Shown here piece after piece: positions 18,297 to 28,771 of a DNA stretch of 64,000 nt; within the stretch, counting starts at the first letter, position 1; each line of letters begins with the position of its first letter. The position numbers were made by a program, and so were the translations under genes. The notes under the pieces were generated by a model that had not been told where the DNA came from, searched no databases, and worked only from the letters and a program-made list of their open reading frames with translations. Source of the DNA: an uncultured Dehalococcoidales bacterium (GTDB lineage Bacteria; Chloroflexota; Dehalococcoidia; Dehalococcoidales; UBA3254). The stretch lies in NCBI GenBank assembly GCA_964386535.1, contig CAYLRY010000001.1:3830-67829 (forward strand). The letters run 5' to 3'.

Positions 18297-19556
18297 TTAA
18301 TCCAGTTTTCTTAAATGGGGCACAAAAATGAAAGTTACAGCCGAGATGAAAGTCAGGATTATAGCAAAGCTGCCAATAACCCATTGAACAGGCAGAGCCT
18401 CCACCATGAGACCCGCTACAAAGGCAAACAGACTGACCACACCCCATTCGAGCATAAGAATACTCATTACCCTTCCCATAAACCTGGGTTCGGTATAACT
18501 CTGCAATAAAGCGCTGCAGACTGTCCCCACTGTCTGACCGAGTCCCGCGAAGATAAAAAACATCATTGAAAGGTTCATGGAGGTTGAAAAAGAAAAGCCA
18601 ATCATTGAAAGGCCGGAAATAAGGCCGGTCACGATCAGCATAATCCCGCGTTTTTTCCCGCTCAGAGAGGCCATGATCAGGGAACCCACCAGCGCTCCGG
18701 CCCCGGAGACGCTGAGCAATAACCCCATTGCAGTGGCGCTGACTTTGAGAATATCATCTATAAAAATAGGCAACAACTGCTGCTGGCCGGGCATAGCCAG
18801 CATAATTACCACCAGGTTAAAAAGCAATACAAATAAAATGGTTCTGTCTTTACGCAGATAGTCCAGACCCTTCCTGATATCCCCCAGAATGTTGGCTCCG
18901 CTTTTTTCTATACGGCTGGTGTGCGGTACAAATAACAAAAAGACGGCCGCGTAAAGATTAAGACTGCCAATGGTCAAATAAACAGCCTGGAAATCAAAGG
19001 CATCGATTAAAAACCCAGCCACCCCAGGGGCTGCCAGACGTAAAACGTTCATTCCCAGCACGTTCAATGCTACGGCATTCATAGCCTGATCGCGGCTGAC
19101 TATTTCAGGGATGATGGACTGGCGCGCGGGTAATAATATACCCATGATGATTCCCTGCAGCAGTGAAGTGCCTATCAGTATCCAGGCTGAACCCGAATTC
19201 TCCCGGCTGATAATGCCAGCCATCAAGGCATAGGCAATGCCGAAAGAAACGGCTGTTGAGAAAAGCAGGCTGTATATCAGAACCCATTTTTTTTGCATTC
19301 TATCTGCAATGGCGCCTCCAAAGAGGGAGAAGATGATCATGGGAACAGCAAAGGTCAGAGCCATAGTGCCCAGCAAGGCGGATGAGCCGGTCACCCGGTA
19401 TATTAATAGAGATCCGGTGACTATCTGCATGTTCATGGAGGCAAATTGCCCCAGCATTCCCAGAAAATACAGGCGGTAGACCGGATGACGCAGAGAGCTG
19501 AAGGTCCGCAGGCCGATGGCGGTTAATAAATTGGGTTTATGAATTTTTTCCTGCAA
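18297..19556 (-). CDS. MFS transporter (paralog 1 of a tandem triplet)
   Basis: 12-TM pattern. Highly similar to the two upstream paralogs (..YRLYFLGMLGQFASMNMQ..GGAIADR..). Confidence 0.9.
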   Translation of the reverse strand: MQEKIHKPNLLTAIGLRTFSSLRHPVYRLYFLGMLGQFASMNMQIVTGSLLIYRVTGSSALLGTMALTFAVPMIIFSLFGGAIADRMQKKWVLIYSLLFSTAVSFGIAYALMAGIISRENSGSAWILIGTSLLQGIIMGILLPARQSIIPEIVSRDQAMNAVALNVLGMNVLRLAAPGVAGFLIDAFDFQAVYLTIGSLNLYAAVFLLFVPHTSRIEKSGANILGDIRKGLDYLRKDRTILFVLLFNLVVIMLAMPGQQQLLPIFIDDILKVSATAMGLLLSVSGAGALVGSLIMASLSGKKRGIMLIVTGLISGLSMIGFSFSTSMNLSMMFFIFAGLGQTVGTVCSALLQSYTEPRFMGRVMSILMLEWGVVSLFAFVAGLMVEALPVQWVIGSFAIILTFISAVTFIFVPHLRKLD

Positions 19557-19702
19557 TTTACTGATGCCTATTGTTAAATCCTTTTATCCGGAATTTCCGA
19601 TTTTTAAATATCGAGTTATCAACAAATCCAAATATAAAACATCATAACACGTCTCAATATCAGGCGATATTCCATTTTAAAGGCGATTTCACTTTTAAGG
19701 GA

Positions 19703-20959
19703 TTAATCCAACTTTCTAAGACGTGGTGAAAAGGCATAACTTAAAAAGGTGACAGCCAGCAGCGCAATCGCAAATCCCCCCACCACCCATTGTACCGGAA
19801 ATACTTCAGCCAGCATGCCGGCCATGAAAGTACATAGACTGACGACGCCCCACTGCATCATAAAGATGCTCATCACACGTCCCATATAGCCTGGCTCGGT
19901 ATAAGACTGAAGCAAAGCACTGGAGATGGTCCCACGTATAGTTGAGCCCAGACCTACGAATATAATAAAGACCAGGGATAGTGACCAGACGGAAGAGAAG
20001 GCGAATGCGATCAGGGACAGGCCGGAAACCAGACCTCCAATCAATAGAACCAGCCCGCGTTTCCTGTTTGGCAGAGCAGCCATAAGCAGCGAACCTACCA
20101 GTGCTCCAGCGCCGGAGACGCTGGAAAGCACCCCCAGACCGGTGGCGCCGACATGTAAGATATCATCTACATAAATGGGCAACAACTGCTGATAAGGCAT
20201 GGATAAAACTACCACCAGCAGTGTAAAGCCCAGAACCAGAAGAATAATACGGTCCTGGCGGATGTAGCGGTAACCCTCTTTGATATCATTCAAAATGTTA
20301 GAACTGCGGGTAATTACAGGAGAGGTATGCCGGATAAAGAGCATAAAAATGATAGCATAAACATTTAACCCGCCCATGGTAAAGAAAACGGCTTTAAAAT
20401 CAAAAGCATCCACCAGGAAGCCGGCCACAGCCGGCGCTGCCAGGCTCAGCACATTCATGCCGAGCATATTTAAGGCCACTGCATTCATCGCCTGGTCACG
20501 GCTGGCTAATTCCGGTATAATGGCCTGCCTGGCCGGCATGGTAATACCAAGGATAGTGCCCTGGAGAACTGAAATCAGGATTAAGATCCACCAGGATCCT
20601 TCATTTTCCTTGCTTATTATCCCAGTATATAAAGCGGTGGCAGTGCTGAAAGAAATCACTGCCGAACAAACCAGGGAGAATACCAGGACACGTTTTTTTT
20701 GAACGCGATCAGCAATAGCTCCGCCGAATAAAGATAATATTAAAGTAGGTATTGCCTGGGCCAGAGACATAGTTCCCAGTAAAGCGGACGATCCGGTCAA
20801 CCGGTAAATCAGCAATGAGTTGGCTATCATCTGCATATTTACAGCAGCAAACTGGCCCAGCATACCGAAAAAATAAAGGCGATAACCCGGGGATTGCAAT
20901 GAACTGACCGTTTTCAAACCAAAAGCATACAGGATGTTTTTATTGTTAGATGATTTCAA
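19703..20959 (-). CDS. MFS transporter (paralog 2)
   Basis: Same architecture and length (418 aa) as its neighbours. Confidence 0.9.
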   Translation of the reverse strand: MKSSNNKNILYAFGLKTVSSLQSPGYRLYFFGMLGQFAAVNMQMIANSLLIYRLTGSSALLGTMSLAQAIPTLILSLFGGAIADRVQKKRVLVFSLVCSAVISFSTATALYTGIISKENEGSWWILILISVLQGTILGITMPARQAIIPELASRDQAMNAVALNMLGMNVLSLAAPAVAGFLVDAFDFKAVFFTMGGLNVYAIIFMLFIRHTSPVITRSSNILNDIKEGYRYIRQDRIILLVLGFTLLVVVLSMPYQQLLPIYVDDILHVGATGLGVLSSVSGAGALVGSLLMAALPNRKRGLVLLIGGLVSGLSLIAFAFSSVWSLSLVFIIFVGLGSTIRGTISSALLQSYTEPGYMGRVMSIFMMQWGVVSLCTFMAGMLAEVFPVQWVVGGFAIALLAVTFLSYAFSPRLRKLD

Positions 20960-20976
20960 TTAATGAATCCTCTTCC

Positions 20977-22236
20977 TTAATCTACCTTCCTGAAACTGGG
21001 GACGAAAATCATGGCCAGGAGGGTCAGGAAGAGAAGCAAAAAAGCCAGACTGCTGACCACCCACTGCACCGGCATGAATTCAGCCATGATGCCGGCAAAA
21101 AAGGTAACCAGGCTGACGATACCCCATTCCATCATTAATATACTCATCACCCTTCCCATATACGGACCTTCCACATAGGTCTGCAATAATGCGCTGCTCA
21201 GGGTATTGCGCATAGTTTGACCGACGCCTAAAAATACCATAAAAAACAGGGAAAGCGTCCAAACAGTTAAGAAGGAAAAGCAGACCAAAGCTATGCCGGA
21301 GACAAGGCTGCTGGTGAGTAATAAAAGCCCTCTTTTCCGGTTAGGCAGGGTAGCCAGCACCAGGGAGCCCACCATTGCGCCGGCCCCGGAAACGCTTAAC
21401 AGCAGTCCCATGCCGGTAGCGCCTACTTTAAGAATATCGTCAACAAAAATAGGCAGCAATTGCTGGTATGGCATTGAAAGGACAACAGCGACCAGAGCCA
21501 GTCCCAAGATAAAAAGAATGGTCTTTTCTTTCAGGACGTATTTAAAACCTTCTTTTATATCACTTATTATATTATTTCCGCGGTTGGAGATATGACTGGT
21601 ATGGGGTACAAATAAAATAAAGAGCGCTGCATACAGGTTAAGTCCACACATGGCAAAATAAATAGATTTGAAATCGAATGCATCAATCAGGAATCCGGCA
21701 ACGCCAGGGGCCAGAAAGCGCAGGACATTCATACCCAGTGTATTTAAGGCTACGGCATTCAAAGCGCCTTCACGGCTGACAATTTCCGGTATAATAGATT
21801 GCCGTGCCGGCATCATCAGTCCCATTATGGTACCCTGCAAGAACGAAGACACCATGAGAATCCACCAGGAACCCTGTTTGTCTTTACTGAGTATTTCCAG
21901 CATCAAAGCCAGGCCTATTCCCAGTGCAACCACGGCTGAGCAAAATAAACCCAGCATCAGCACCCGTTTTTTCTGCATCCTGTCAGCCAGGGCGCCGCCA
22001 AAAAGGGATAAGAGGAGCATGGGACAGGCGTTGGCCAGAGACATGGTACCCAAAAGAGCGGAAGAACCGGTAAGGCGGTATATCAATAATGAGCTGGTTA
22101 CCTGCTGCATATTCATGGAGGCAAATTGCCCCAGCATACCCAGGAAGTAAAGACGGTAGACCGGATTTTGTAAGGAACTGAAGGTCCTGATGCCCAGGCT
22201 GGCGAATATATTTTTATGACCTTCGCTGTTGTTCAA
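20977..22236 (-). CDS. MFS transporter (paralog 3)
   Basis: Same architecture (419 aa). Only 17 nt separate it from paralog 2. Confidence 0.9.
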   Translation of the reverse strand: MNNSEGHKNIFASLGIRTFSSLQNPVYRLYFLGMLGQFASMNMQQVTSSLLIYRLTGSSALLGTMSLANACPMLLLSLFGGALADRMQKKRVLMLGLFCSAVVALGIGLALMLEILSKDKQGSWWILMVSSFLQGTIMGLMMPARQSIIPEIVSREGALNAVALNTLGMNVLRFLAPGVAGFLIDAFDFKSIYFAMCGLNLYAALFILFVPHTSHISNRGNNIISDIKEGFKYVLKEKTILFILGLALVAVVLSMPYQQLLPIFVDDILKVGATGMGLLLSVSGAGAMVGSLVLATLPNRKRGLLLLTSSLVSGIALVCFSFLTVWTLSLFFMVFLGVGQTMRNTLSSALLQTYVEGPYMGRVMSILMMEWGIVSLVTFFAGIMAEFMPVQWVVSSLAFLLLFLTLLAMIFVPSFRKVD

Positions 22237-22408
22237 TAATAGCGTCCTTCCCGCCTTTTTTCTTATCAGTTAAGTTGGGCATGGGTAAACCTGGAAATGA
22301 GATTTGAACTGAAAACCTATAAAGCCGATGGCTCACTCTGAAGCATAACGCCATATCCATATAGTGTATACCTGTTGGCGCTTAAACACAATCATGTATG
22401 ATATAACC

Positions 22409-22451
22409 AAAGTCCGCCGGTCAGAGCCTCTGCTCTGACCGGCGGACTTTT
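22409..22451. terminator. Rho-independent terminator (bidirectional shape)
   Basis: AAAGTCCGCCGGTCAGAGC-ctct-GCTCTGACCGGCGGACTTTT, directly downstream of the minus-strand CDS ending at 22464. Confidence 0.7.
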
Positions 22452-22463
22452 AACGTGTAGAGT

Positions 22464-23108
22464 TTATCCCTCTGACTGTTGCTTTAAGTCCAGAGCCTGG
22501 ATAATAAGGGAAGCGGCAGATGCATAGCTAAAATGCTCTGTATTGATAACCAGGTCATATTTTGTTGGGTCTTCCATTTCGGCCCCGAAATATCTTTTCA
22601 AAAATTCACGGGCCGCGTTATCAAACCTCTGCATTTCCTGCTTGGCTTTTTCTTCAGATAATTTTAAAGTTTCCATTACGCGTTTTAAACGCACTGCACT
22701 GGGCGCTACCATGGAAACATGTATGGTTTGAGGATGTCCCTTAAGAATAAACTGGCTGCCGCGGCCGTAGATGACAGCGGAATAACCCTGTGCCAGTTCT
22801 TTGATAAGAGAAGTTAGTGCATCCAGATAACTGGAATCGTCCAGAGGTATTTGAGAGAAGGGAAGATAGGCCCCCTGGATACCATCTCCAATTGAATAGC
22901 CCCGTGCCAGGGCTTCGGCTATTCTCTCTTGCAGTCTGGCAGGAGGCATTTCCTTTCTGATGATTTCCTGCTCTTCAAGATTGAGCCTGGCCGCAACCTC
23001 ATTGATAATCTCCCGGTCAATGTAGTCAATATGAAGCTGGCCGGCAACCAGCTTGCCTACTTCCGGTGCACCACTGCCTAGCCTGCCTCGAATTGTCACA
23101 ACAGGCAT
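22464..23108 (-). CDS. Cytidylate kinase-like family protein (P-loop NTPase-like)
   Basis: N-terminal VTI.G..GSG..EVG..VA..L...Y.D.EI pattern typical of this family. Confidence 0.7.
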   Translation of the reverse strand: MPVVTIRGRLGSGAPEVGKLVAGQLHIDYIDREIINEVAARLNLEEQEIIRKEMPPARLQERIAEALARGYSIGDGIQGAYLPFSQIPLDDSSYLDALTSLIKELAQGYSAVIYGRGSQFILKGHPQTIHVSMVAPSAVRLKRVMETLKLSEEKAKQEMQRFDNAAREFLKRYFGAEMEDPTKYDLVINTEHFSYASAASLIIQALDLKQQSEG

Positions 23109-23569
23109 TTGCCACCTCCTTACTGTATATTTTACCTCTTAATCAGGGCCTGATAAACAATCATGAATCATTAATTTTAAATTAAGGCTAATATTTTGGT
23201 TACTAATAATAGAGCATATCTTTAAAAAACGCAATACGTTTTGACATTAATAATCTGCCTGGTTTCATGATAACCAATTCTCTGTAATTACACCGAACCT
23301 GTGCCATAAACTTCGCGCCTGCTTAAAATTATGTAGCGGTGGTTTTTGTTCTACAATCTGCCTTGCATTACGTATACGAAACCATTATAATAGGTTCCAA
23401 CTTGTTAGGGATCCGGCTTTGAAGACTGGTTATTAAGCTACGCCTATTATGGTTGAAAATTAACCGGGGCAGGGACCAATAACATTCCGGAAAGGAAAAT
23501 TCTATCAAAGACACATCTACCCGGGAAAAAAAAGCTCGCTCTTTTGCATTAACCACCTTACCGCTCTAC

Positions 23570-24718
23570 GTGTTTGCCCATTTTTCGCATCATCTTTTGA
23601 CAGCCCTGCCCATACCATTACTGGTCTATATCAGGGATGATTTCAAACTGGATGCCACTCAGGCTGCTCTGGTTACCTCGGTTTTTTCCATGACCTACGG
23701 CATCGGTCAATTACCAGCCGGCTGGCTGGCTGATCATTTGGGGAGAAAAATTCTGCTGGCCGTGGGTATTTTAGGGGTGGCTCTGGTCGGTATACTGGTA
23801 GGTATTTCTCCCACCTATGCCCTGCTGCTGGTGTTCCTGGGACTTATGGGACTGGCAGGTGGAGGGTACCATCCTGCTTCTACGCCCATGATTTCAGCCT
23901 CTGTTGAACCCAAAAAACGGGGGCGGATACTGGGTATCCATGGCGTTGGGGGAAGCGCCAGCTATTTTCTGGCGCCTATTATTGCGGCTGCCATCGCGGC
24001 TGCCTGGGGATGGAGGGCCTCATTCATATATCTGGCCATCCCGACTGCCGTGTTCGGCATCATTTTCTTCTGGCTGTTAAGAAGACAAAGCGCCGGTAAC
24101 CGCACTCAATCAGCAAGCGCCAGCCAGGCAACTCATGAGGAAGAGACAATTGCGCAGGGACGCTGGCGGCGGTTAATTGCCTTCATGGCGCTGGTCATCA
24201 TAGGTGGAGGCGTAGCCGGAGCCATGGGGCCTTTCCTGGCTTTGTATTATGTGGATGGATTCGGACTCAGTAAAGCCACTGCCGCCACTCTTCCAGCTAT
24301 TGCTAATTCCGCCGGCCTGTGGGCCAGTATAGTGGGAGGTTACCTGTCTGACAGGGTAGGCAGGACGCCCATAATCGTTGGCACTTTCCTTCTGGGTGGA
24401 GTCATGATTTTTCTCTATGGAGTGGTGCCCTGGGGTCTGGGTTTCTGCGCCCTGTTAGCCTTTTCCGGCATAAATATGTATCTGAGAATGCCGGTCTCAG
24501 AGACCTTTATTATTGGACTGACCACCCCCAAACACCGTTCTACTATTTATGGTATTTACTACTTTGCCAATATGGAAACCGGCGCTATACTGGCGCCTAT
24601 TTTGGGGAGTTATCTGGTAGATACCTACGGGTATGAAAGCGCATTTAAGATAGCCGGCGCCATCGTAATAGGGATCGCTCTGGTATGTGCCGCATTCCTT
24701 TGGCGCAACCGGGACTAA
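23570..24718 (+). CDS. MFS transporter
   Basis: Multi-TM protein with a G.LAD..GRK loop motif. GTG start. The N-terminus looks short by part of TM1, and no canonical upstream start exists in frame. Confidence 0.75.
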   Translation: MFAHFSHHLLTALPIPLLVYIRDDFKLDATQAALVTSVFSMTYGIGQLPAGWLADHLGRKILLAVGILGVALVGILVGISPTYALLLVFLGLMGLAGGGYHPASTPMISASVEPKKRGRILGIHGVGGSASYFLAPIIAAAIAAAWGWRASFIYLAIPTAVFGIIFFWLLRRQSAGNRTQSASASQATHEEETIAQGRWRRLIAFMALVIIGGGVAGAMGPFLALYYVDGFGLSKATAATLPAIANSAGLWASIVGGYLSDRVGRTPIIVGTFLLGGVMIFLYGVVPWGLGFCALLAFSGINMYLRMPVSETFIIGLTTPKHRSTIYGIYYFANMETGAILAPILGSYLVDTYGYESAFKIAGAIVIGIALVCAAFLWRNRD

Positions 24719-25374
24719 TTTACCGGCCGGCTGGGCGGCTGTCTTCCGCTGGCAAAGGCCTTACCTTCCCGGATGGTGATATATTCCATATCCTTAAGTG
24801 CTTCCAGCAGCATTTCTGTAAAAACAGGCGTCAACGGAGGTGAGATGCCTTCCCTCTCAAATTCAGTAAATTTGCTTAAAATGTTACCGGCGGCAATACC
24901 GGGTTCGGCCTCTATTTTCTCCAGGATAGAGATAGCTCTGCGGTAAAAAGGAAGGCAGTATTCGCTATCGCTTAAATCTACGGGTTCTACTGAAAAATGC
25001 GCCAGGGTCCGGTTATCACTGCAGGCAAAATGGGCGCCGCGAGCTTTACTTATGCCTGAGGCCAGGGGCAAGACTCCACCTGTTTTTTTCAGCATGGCTT
25101 CCGAAGGGGTTTTCCTCGGAATGAACCCTTTGCCGCTGGGATCGCGCATATCCAGACCGCGATAGCGGAAAGGGACATTCTCAGAATACTTATGTCCCAG
25201 TAAGTGAACCCCGTACACTACCGGCATCATGGGAAGGATCATGTTGGGGCAAATTCTACCCGTAAAATGCACTCCATCATAGTAGATTTCTTCACCGATT
25301 TTGTATTCAAAATGGCACGGAAACATTTCCTCATCCCCCTCAAACCGCATCAGCTTGCATCTCACTTTATACAT
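24715..25374 (-). CDS. Hypothetical protein
   Basis: A clean 219-aa ORF with no recognised family. Confidence 0.5.
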   Translation of the reverse strand: MYKVRCKLMRFEGDEEMFPCHFEYKIGEEIYYDGVHFTGRICPNMILPMMPVVYGVHLLGHKYSENVPFRYRGLDMRDPSGKGFIPRKTPSEAMLKKTGGVLPLASGISKARGAHFACSDNRTLAHFSVEPVDLSDSEYCLPFYRRAISILEKIEAEPGIAAGNILSKFTEFEREGISPPLTPVFTEMLLEALKDMEYITIREGKAFASGRQPPSRPVN

Positions 25375-25696
25375 CCTGTAATACTCCTTAAAATCTTTAT
25401 CCGTTTATTAAGAAATGAGATTTTACTAATATTCCGGTTTCCCTTAATTATTACCAGCATTTGGGCCCCGGCCCTATGGCAACAGCTACAACCATCATAT
25501 CCTTTATAAACTGGAACTTACCGGATCGCTCTCATGGCGAATATTTTAACATGCCGGATGGTAAACCGCTACGCTTTTGTAATGGAGAATATATATTTAA
25601 CCGGGACATCCTTATTAAAATATTGATTTTACTTATTGATTTAGCTAAAATTAGTCTGTATTACATTGAATTTATTTAAACAAGTGAAGGACGCGG

Positions 25697-28150
25697 ATGA
25701 AGAAACTTATACTAACTGTTTTGACAGTTATATTGATTTTATTAGTGACCGGCTGTCCGGCGGCTGAGCCGGCGGCAACTACAACCTCACCTGGATCAAC
25801 TACCCCTGTTGCTTCAATTACGGTACCGGCGATTACATCTCCCGCACAGACCGGGGGATCGCTGCAACAGCGTCTCGATGTTTTAATACAGAGCCTGGAG
25901 CAACAGCGCCAGGCATTACATGTACCCGGTATGGCGCTGGCGGTTGTCCAGGATGATAAAATTATTCTCTCTCATGGTTTTGGTTTATCTGATATAGAAA
26001 AAATGACTCCGGTCACTCCGCAGACTGTATTCGCCATCGGATCGGCAACTAAAGCTTTTACATCCACCCTGGTAGGAATGATGGTGGATGAAGGAAAGAT
26101 GAAGTGGGACGATCCCATCACAAAGTATCTTCCATATTTTAAATTGAAGATACAGGGCGGCGGCCCGGATGACCAGGTTACCCTGGAAGATGTGATGAGC
26201 CACCGCACCGGTTTTCCACGTATGGGCATCCTTTCCGCCAGCGGCAGGATTCCGATGGAAGAGGTGCTGCGGGATGCTACTGCTGCTGAGGCTTATGCAG
26301 ACTTCCGGGCCAGGTTTTACTACAATAATGAGATCTATATGTCAGCAGGAGCGGCGGCTGCCAGAGCAGCAGGTTCTGATTGGGAAACGCTGGTAAAGAA
26401 ACGCATTTTTAAACCTCTGGGAATGGATGATACCACGGCATCTTATGAGGCAGTTAAGAATGACCCCAGATTGTCATCCGGGTATCTATGGAATGAAGAT
26501 ACCGGTGTATATAAATTGCTTCCCCTGCGTAATGTGGATAATATCGGCCCGGCGGGGGCTATTAATTCCAATGTGCTGGACATGGCAGAATGGCTTCGTT
26601 TGTTATTAGGTAAGGGGCAATACCAGGGCCAAAGATTGATAAGTGAAGAAAATCTCCAGCAAACCTGGAAGCCTTATACTACGATTACAACCGGAATCGA
26701 TTACGGGCTGGGTTGGATGCTGCGCGAATGGCAAGGTCAAACTGTGGTGGAACACGGGGGCAATGTAGACGGTTTTTCCGCAGAGGTGGCACTGCTCCCT
26801 CAATCACATCTGGGTTTTGTTCTTCTCACCAATGCTACCGCCAGTGCACTGCCGGCTCTGTCTCTCAATATAGTCTGGGAGGCTCTATTGGGAGAATGGC
26901 AGGGCAGTGATCCCAGTATGCAGGTAAAAGAATTCGAGCCTTATACAGGTAAATATACAGCCAACTTCGGTACGTTTAAAAATGCTGTCTTTACTGTGCT
27001 GGTACAGAATAACCGCCTGGCAATAGATGTTCCTGGACAAATGGTATATGAGCTGAAAACCCCGGACAAGAATGGCAAATGGTTTTTTACGGTTAGCGAC
27101 CAGATCGCCGTTTCTTTCGACCGCGAAGCGACAGGAAAAGTCACAGGCATGAAAATGTATCAATCAGGAATGGTATTTGAATTACCCAGAGAGGGCTATG
27201 AAATTCAACCTGAAATCCCCTTAAGTGAATTATATAAATACCTGGGTGCATATCAATCAGAGCAACTAAAAATGACGGTAGATGTACGGGTGCAGAACAA
27301 CCGCCTGGCAGTGGATATTCCAGGGCAGATGGTTTATGAGCTTATGCCGCCAGATCCTGAGGGAAAATGGACGTTCAGGGTCACCAGCGCCATCAGTGTG
27401 AGTTTCGGCCAGAATTCTGCCGGGCAGATTGATTCCATGACCATGTATCAGTCCGGCATGAAGTTTTTATTCACCCGCATTGAAGGAACACAGTTACCCA
27501 CAGTTGAAGAAGTCCTAAAGCTACGAAATAGCACAGCTCAATTGTCAGCTCTGAAAGATATAATGCCGTTTCAGGTTGAGGGTACCATTTACATCGCCCA
27601 GTCCGGGGTTACCGGCAGTTTTTCTTTATATGTGGCAGATAAGGGCCGATACCGGATTGATGAAGATTATGGTAAATACGGCTCCGCTTCCACAGTGATC
27701 AATGGCGACCGCGCCTGGGTCAAATCCAGTTTTGCTCCTTTTAACGAACTGTACGGTAAGCTGCTTGAACAGGCTAAACACGGTCATCCCTCTGTATTTT
27801 TGGGAGACTGGCGGGAATATTATAAATCTATTGAAGTGGTCAGGATAGATACCCTGAAAGGGAAAAAAGTCTACGTTATACGGCTGGAACATGCAGTTCT
27901 ACCTGCCATGACCGTTTATATGGATGCGGTGACGGGAGATATACTAAGGTCAGAAACAAAAACGGTGCATGAAGGCGGTATATCTATTGATGTAACCACG
28001 CTCTATGAAGATTTCAGGGAGGTTGAAGGCCTGCGCCTGGCTTTCAAGGAGACCTCCAGCAATGAAGAAAGCGGGCGGGTAATTACGGTTTATCAGAGGG
28101 TTAAAACCGGGATTAGCCTGGATGATGAATTGTTTACACTCACGCCTTAG
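25697..28150 (+). CDS. Serine hydrolase (beta-lactamase/PBP4*-like) lipoprotein with a C-terminal extension
   Basis: Lipobox LVTGC. SxxK active-site motif GSATK. Beta-lactamase-family N-terminal half (~400 aa), two ~84-aa internal repeats, and an unassigned C-terminal domain. Confidence 0.85.
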   Translation: MKKLILTVLTVILILLVTGCPAAEPAATTTSPGSTTPVASITVPAITSPAQTGGSLQQRLDVLIQSLEQQRQALHVPGMALAVVQDDKIILSHGFGLSDIEKMTPVTPQTVFAIGSATKAFTSTLVGMMVDEGKMKWDDPITKYLPYFKLKIQGGGPDDQVTLEDVMSHRTGFPRMGILSASGRIPMEEVLRDATAAEAYADFRARFYYNNEIYMSAGAAAARAAGSDWETLVKKRIFKPLGMDDTTASYEAVKNDPRLSSGYLWNEDTGVYKLLPLRNVDNIGPAGAINSNVLDMAEWLRLLLGKGQYQGQRLISEENLQQTWKPYTTITTGIDYGLGWMLREWQGQTVVEHGGNVDGFSAEVALLPQSHLGFVLLTNATASALPALSLNIVWEALLGEWQGSDPSMQVKEFEPYTGKYTANFGTFKNAVFTVLVQNNRLAIDVPGQMVYELKTPDKNGKWFFTVSDQIAVSFDREATGKVTGMKMYQSGMVFELPREGYEIQPEIPLSELYKYLGAYQSEQLKMTVDVRVQNNRLAVDIPGQMVYELMPPDPEGKWTFRVTSAISVSFGQNSAGQIDSMTMYQSGMKFLFTRIEGTQLPTVEEVLKLRNSTAQLSALKDIMPFQVEGTIYIAQSGVTGSFSLYVADKGRYRIDEDYGKYGSASTVINGDRAWVKSSFAPFNELYGKLLEQAKHGHPSVFLGDWREYYKSIEVVRIDTLKGKKVYVIRLEHAVLPAMTVYMDAVTGDILRSETKTVHEGGISIDVTTLYEDFREVEGLRLAFKETSSNEESGRVITVYQRVKTGISLDDELFTLTP
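26942..27484 (+). repeat. Two intragenic domain repeats (26942-27193 and 27239-27484)
   Basis: V(L/R)VQNNRLA(I/V)D(V/I)PGQMVYEL..PD..GKW.F.V......SF......G.......MYQSGM.F occurs twice. Confidence 0.85.
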
Positions 28151-28202
28151 GTTTCACCTTTTTGATGGATCACTATTCAAATATGAATGGTATAAACCGT
28201 AT

Positions 28203-28240
28203 ATATAGAAGAGAGCGTGGAATACCGCTCTCTTCTATAT
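28203..28240 (+). terminator. Hairpin terminator candidate
   Basis: ATATAGAAGAGAGCG-tggaatac-CGCTCTCTTCTATAT, 53 nt after the stop of the hydrolase gene. Confidence 0.55.
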
Positions 28241-28357
28241 CTGCTTTCTAATTCCTCTTTTGTCTTACTTTTAAGCAAGCGATTTGACAAACAGCGTCTT
28301 TTGGTCTTATTATGAAAATATAAAATATACATATATTTATATATATGGAGATTTGTA

Positions 28358-28723
28358 ATGATTTCCGAAGACGAAATAGAGCTCTTTAAATTAAAAGCTG
28401 AAATAAGCAAAACCTTCTCTGATCCCAAAAGGTTGATGATAATAAATGAACTGCGTCATGGAGAAAAACAGGTGGGTGAACTGGCTCAGGCCCTGGAGAT
28501 CTCCCAGGCGGAAATATCCCGTCAACTGGCCCTTCTGCGCAGCAAGGGCATAGTGACTCCCCGCAGAGAGGGTACCAGCGTATTTTACAGTCTGGCTGAC
28601 CTGAAAATAATCGAAGCCTGTGATCTGGTCCATGAAGTATTAGTCAACCGGCTGGCAAAAAGCCGTGAATTTGCTGAAAAGATGGTAAATATTACTCATT
28701 TCAGGAGTAAGGGAATAAAGTAA
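28358..28723 (+). CDS. ArsR/SmtB-family transcriptional regulator
   Basis: FSDP.RL.I...L..GE..V.EL......SQ..ISRQL..L: a winged-HTH ArsR pattern. Confidence 0.85.
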   Translation: MISEDEIELFKLKAEISKTFSDPKRLMIINELRHGEKQVGELAQALEISQAEISRQLALLRSKGIVTPRREGTSVFYSLADLKIIEACDLVHEVLVNRLAKSREFAEKMVNITHFRSKGIK

Positions 28724-28771
28724 ACAGCCTGTCAGGGGATAATGCAGCCGCCATGGGCCAAGGAGTGGAAG

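Noticed and set aside
28284-28340. A putative ArsR operator: the AAATATA-ca-TATATTT inverted repeat downstream of a TTGACA-18-TATTAT promoter.
   Set aside because: The arms are only 7 nt long and sit inside a very AT-rich, low-complexity stretch, so the palindrome could be chance. It is too weak to call.
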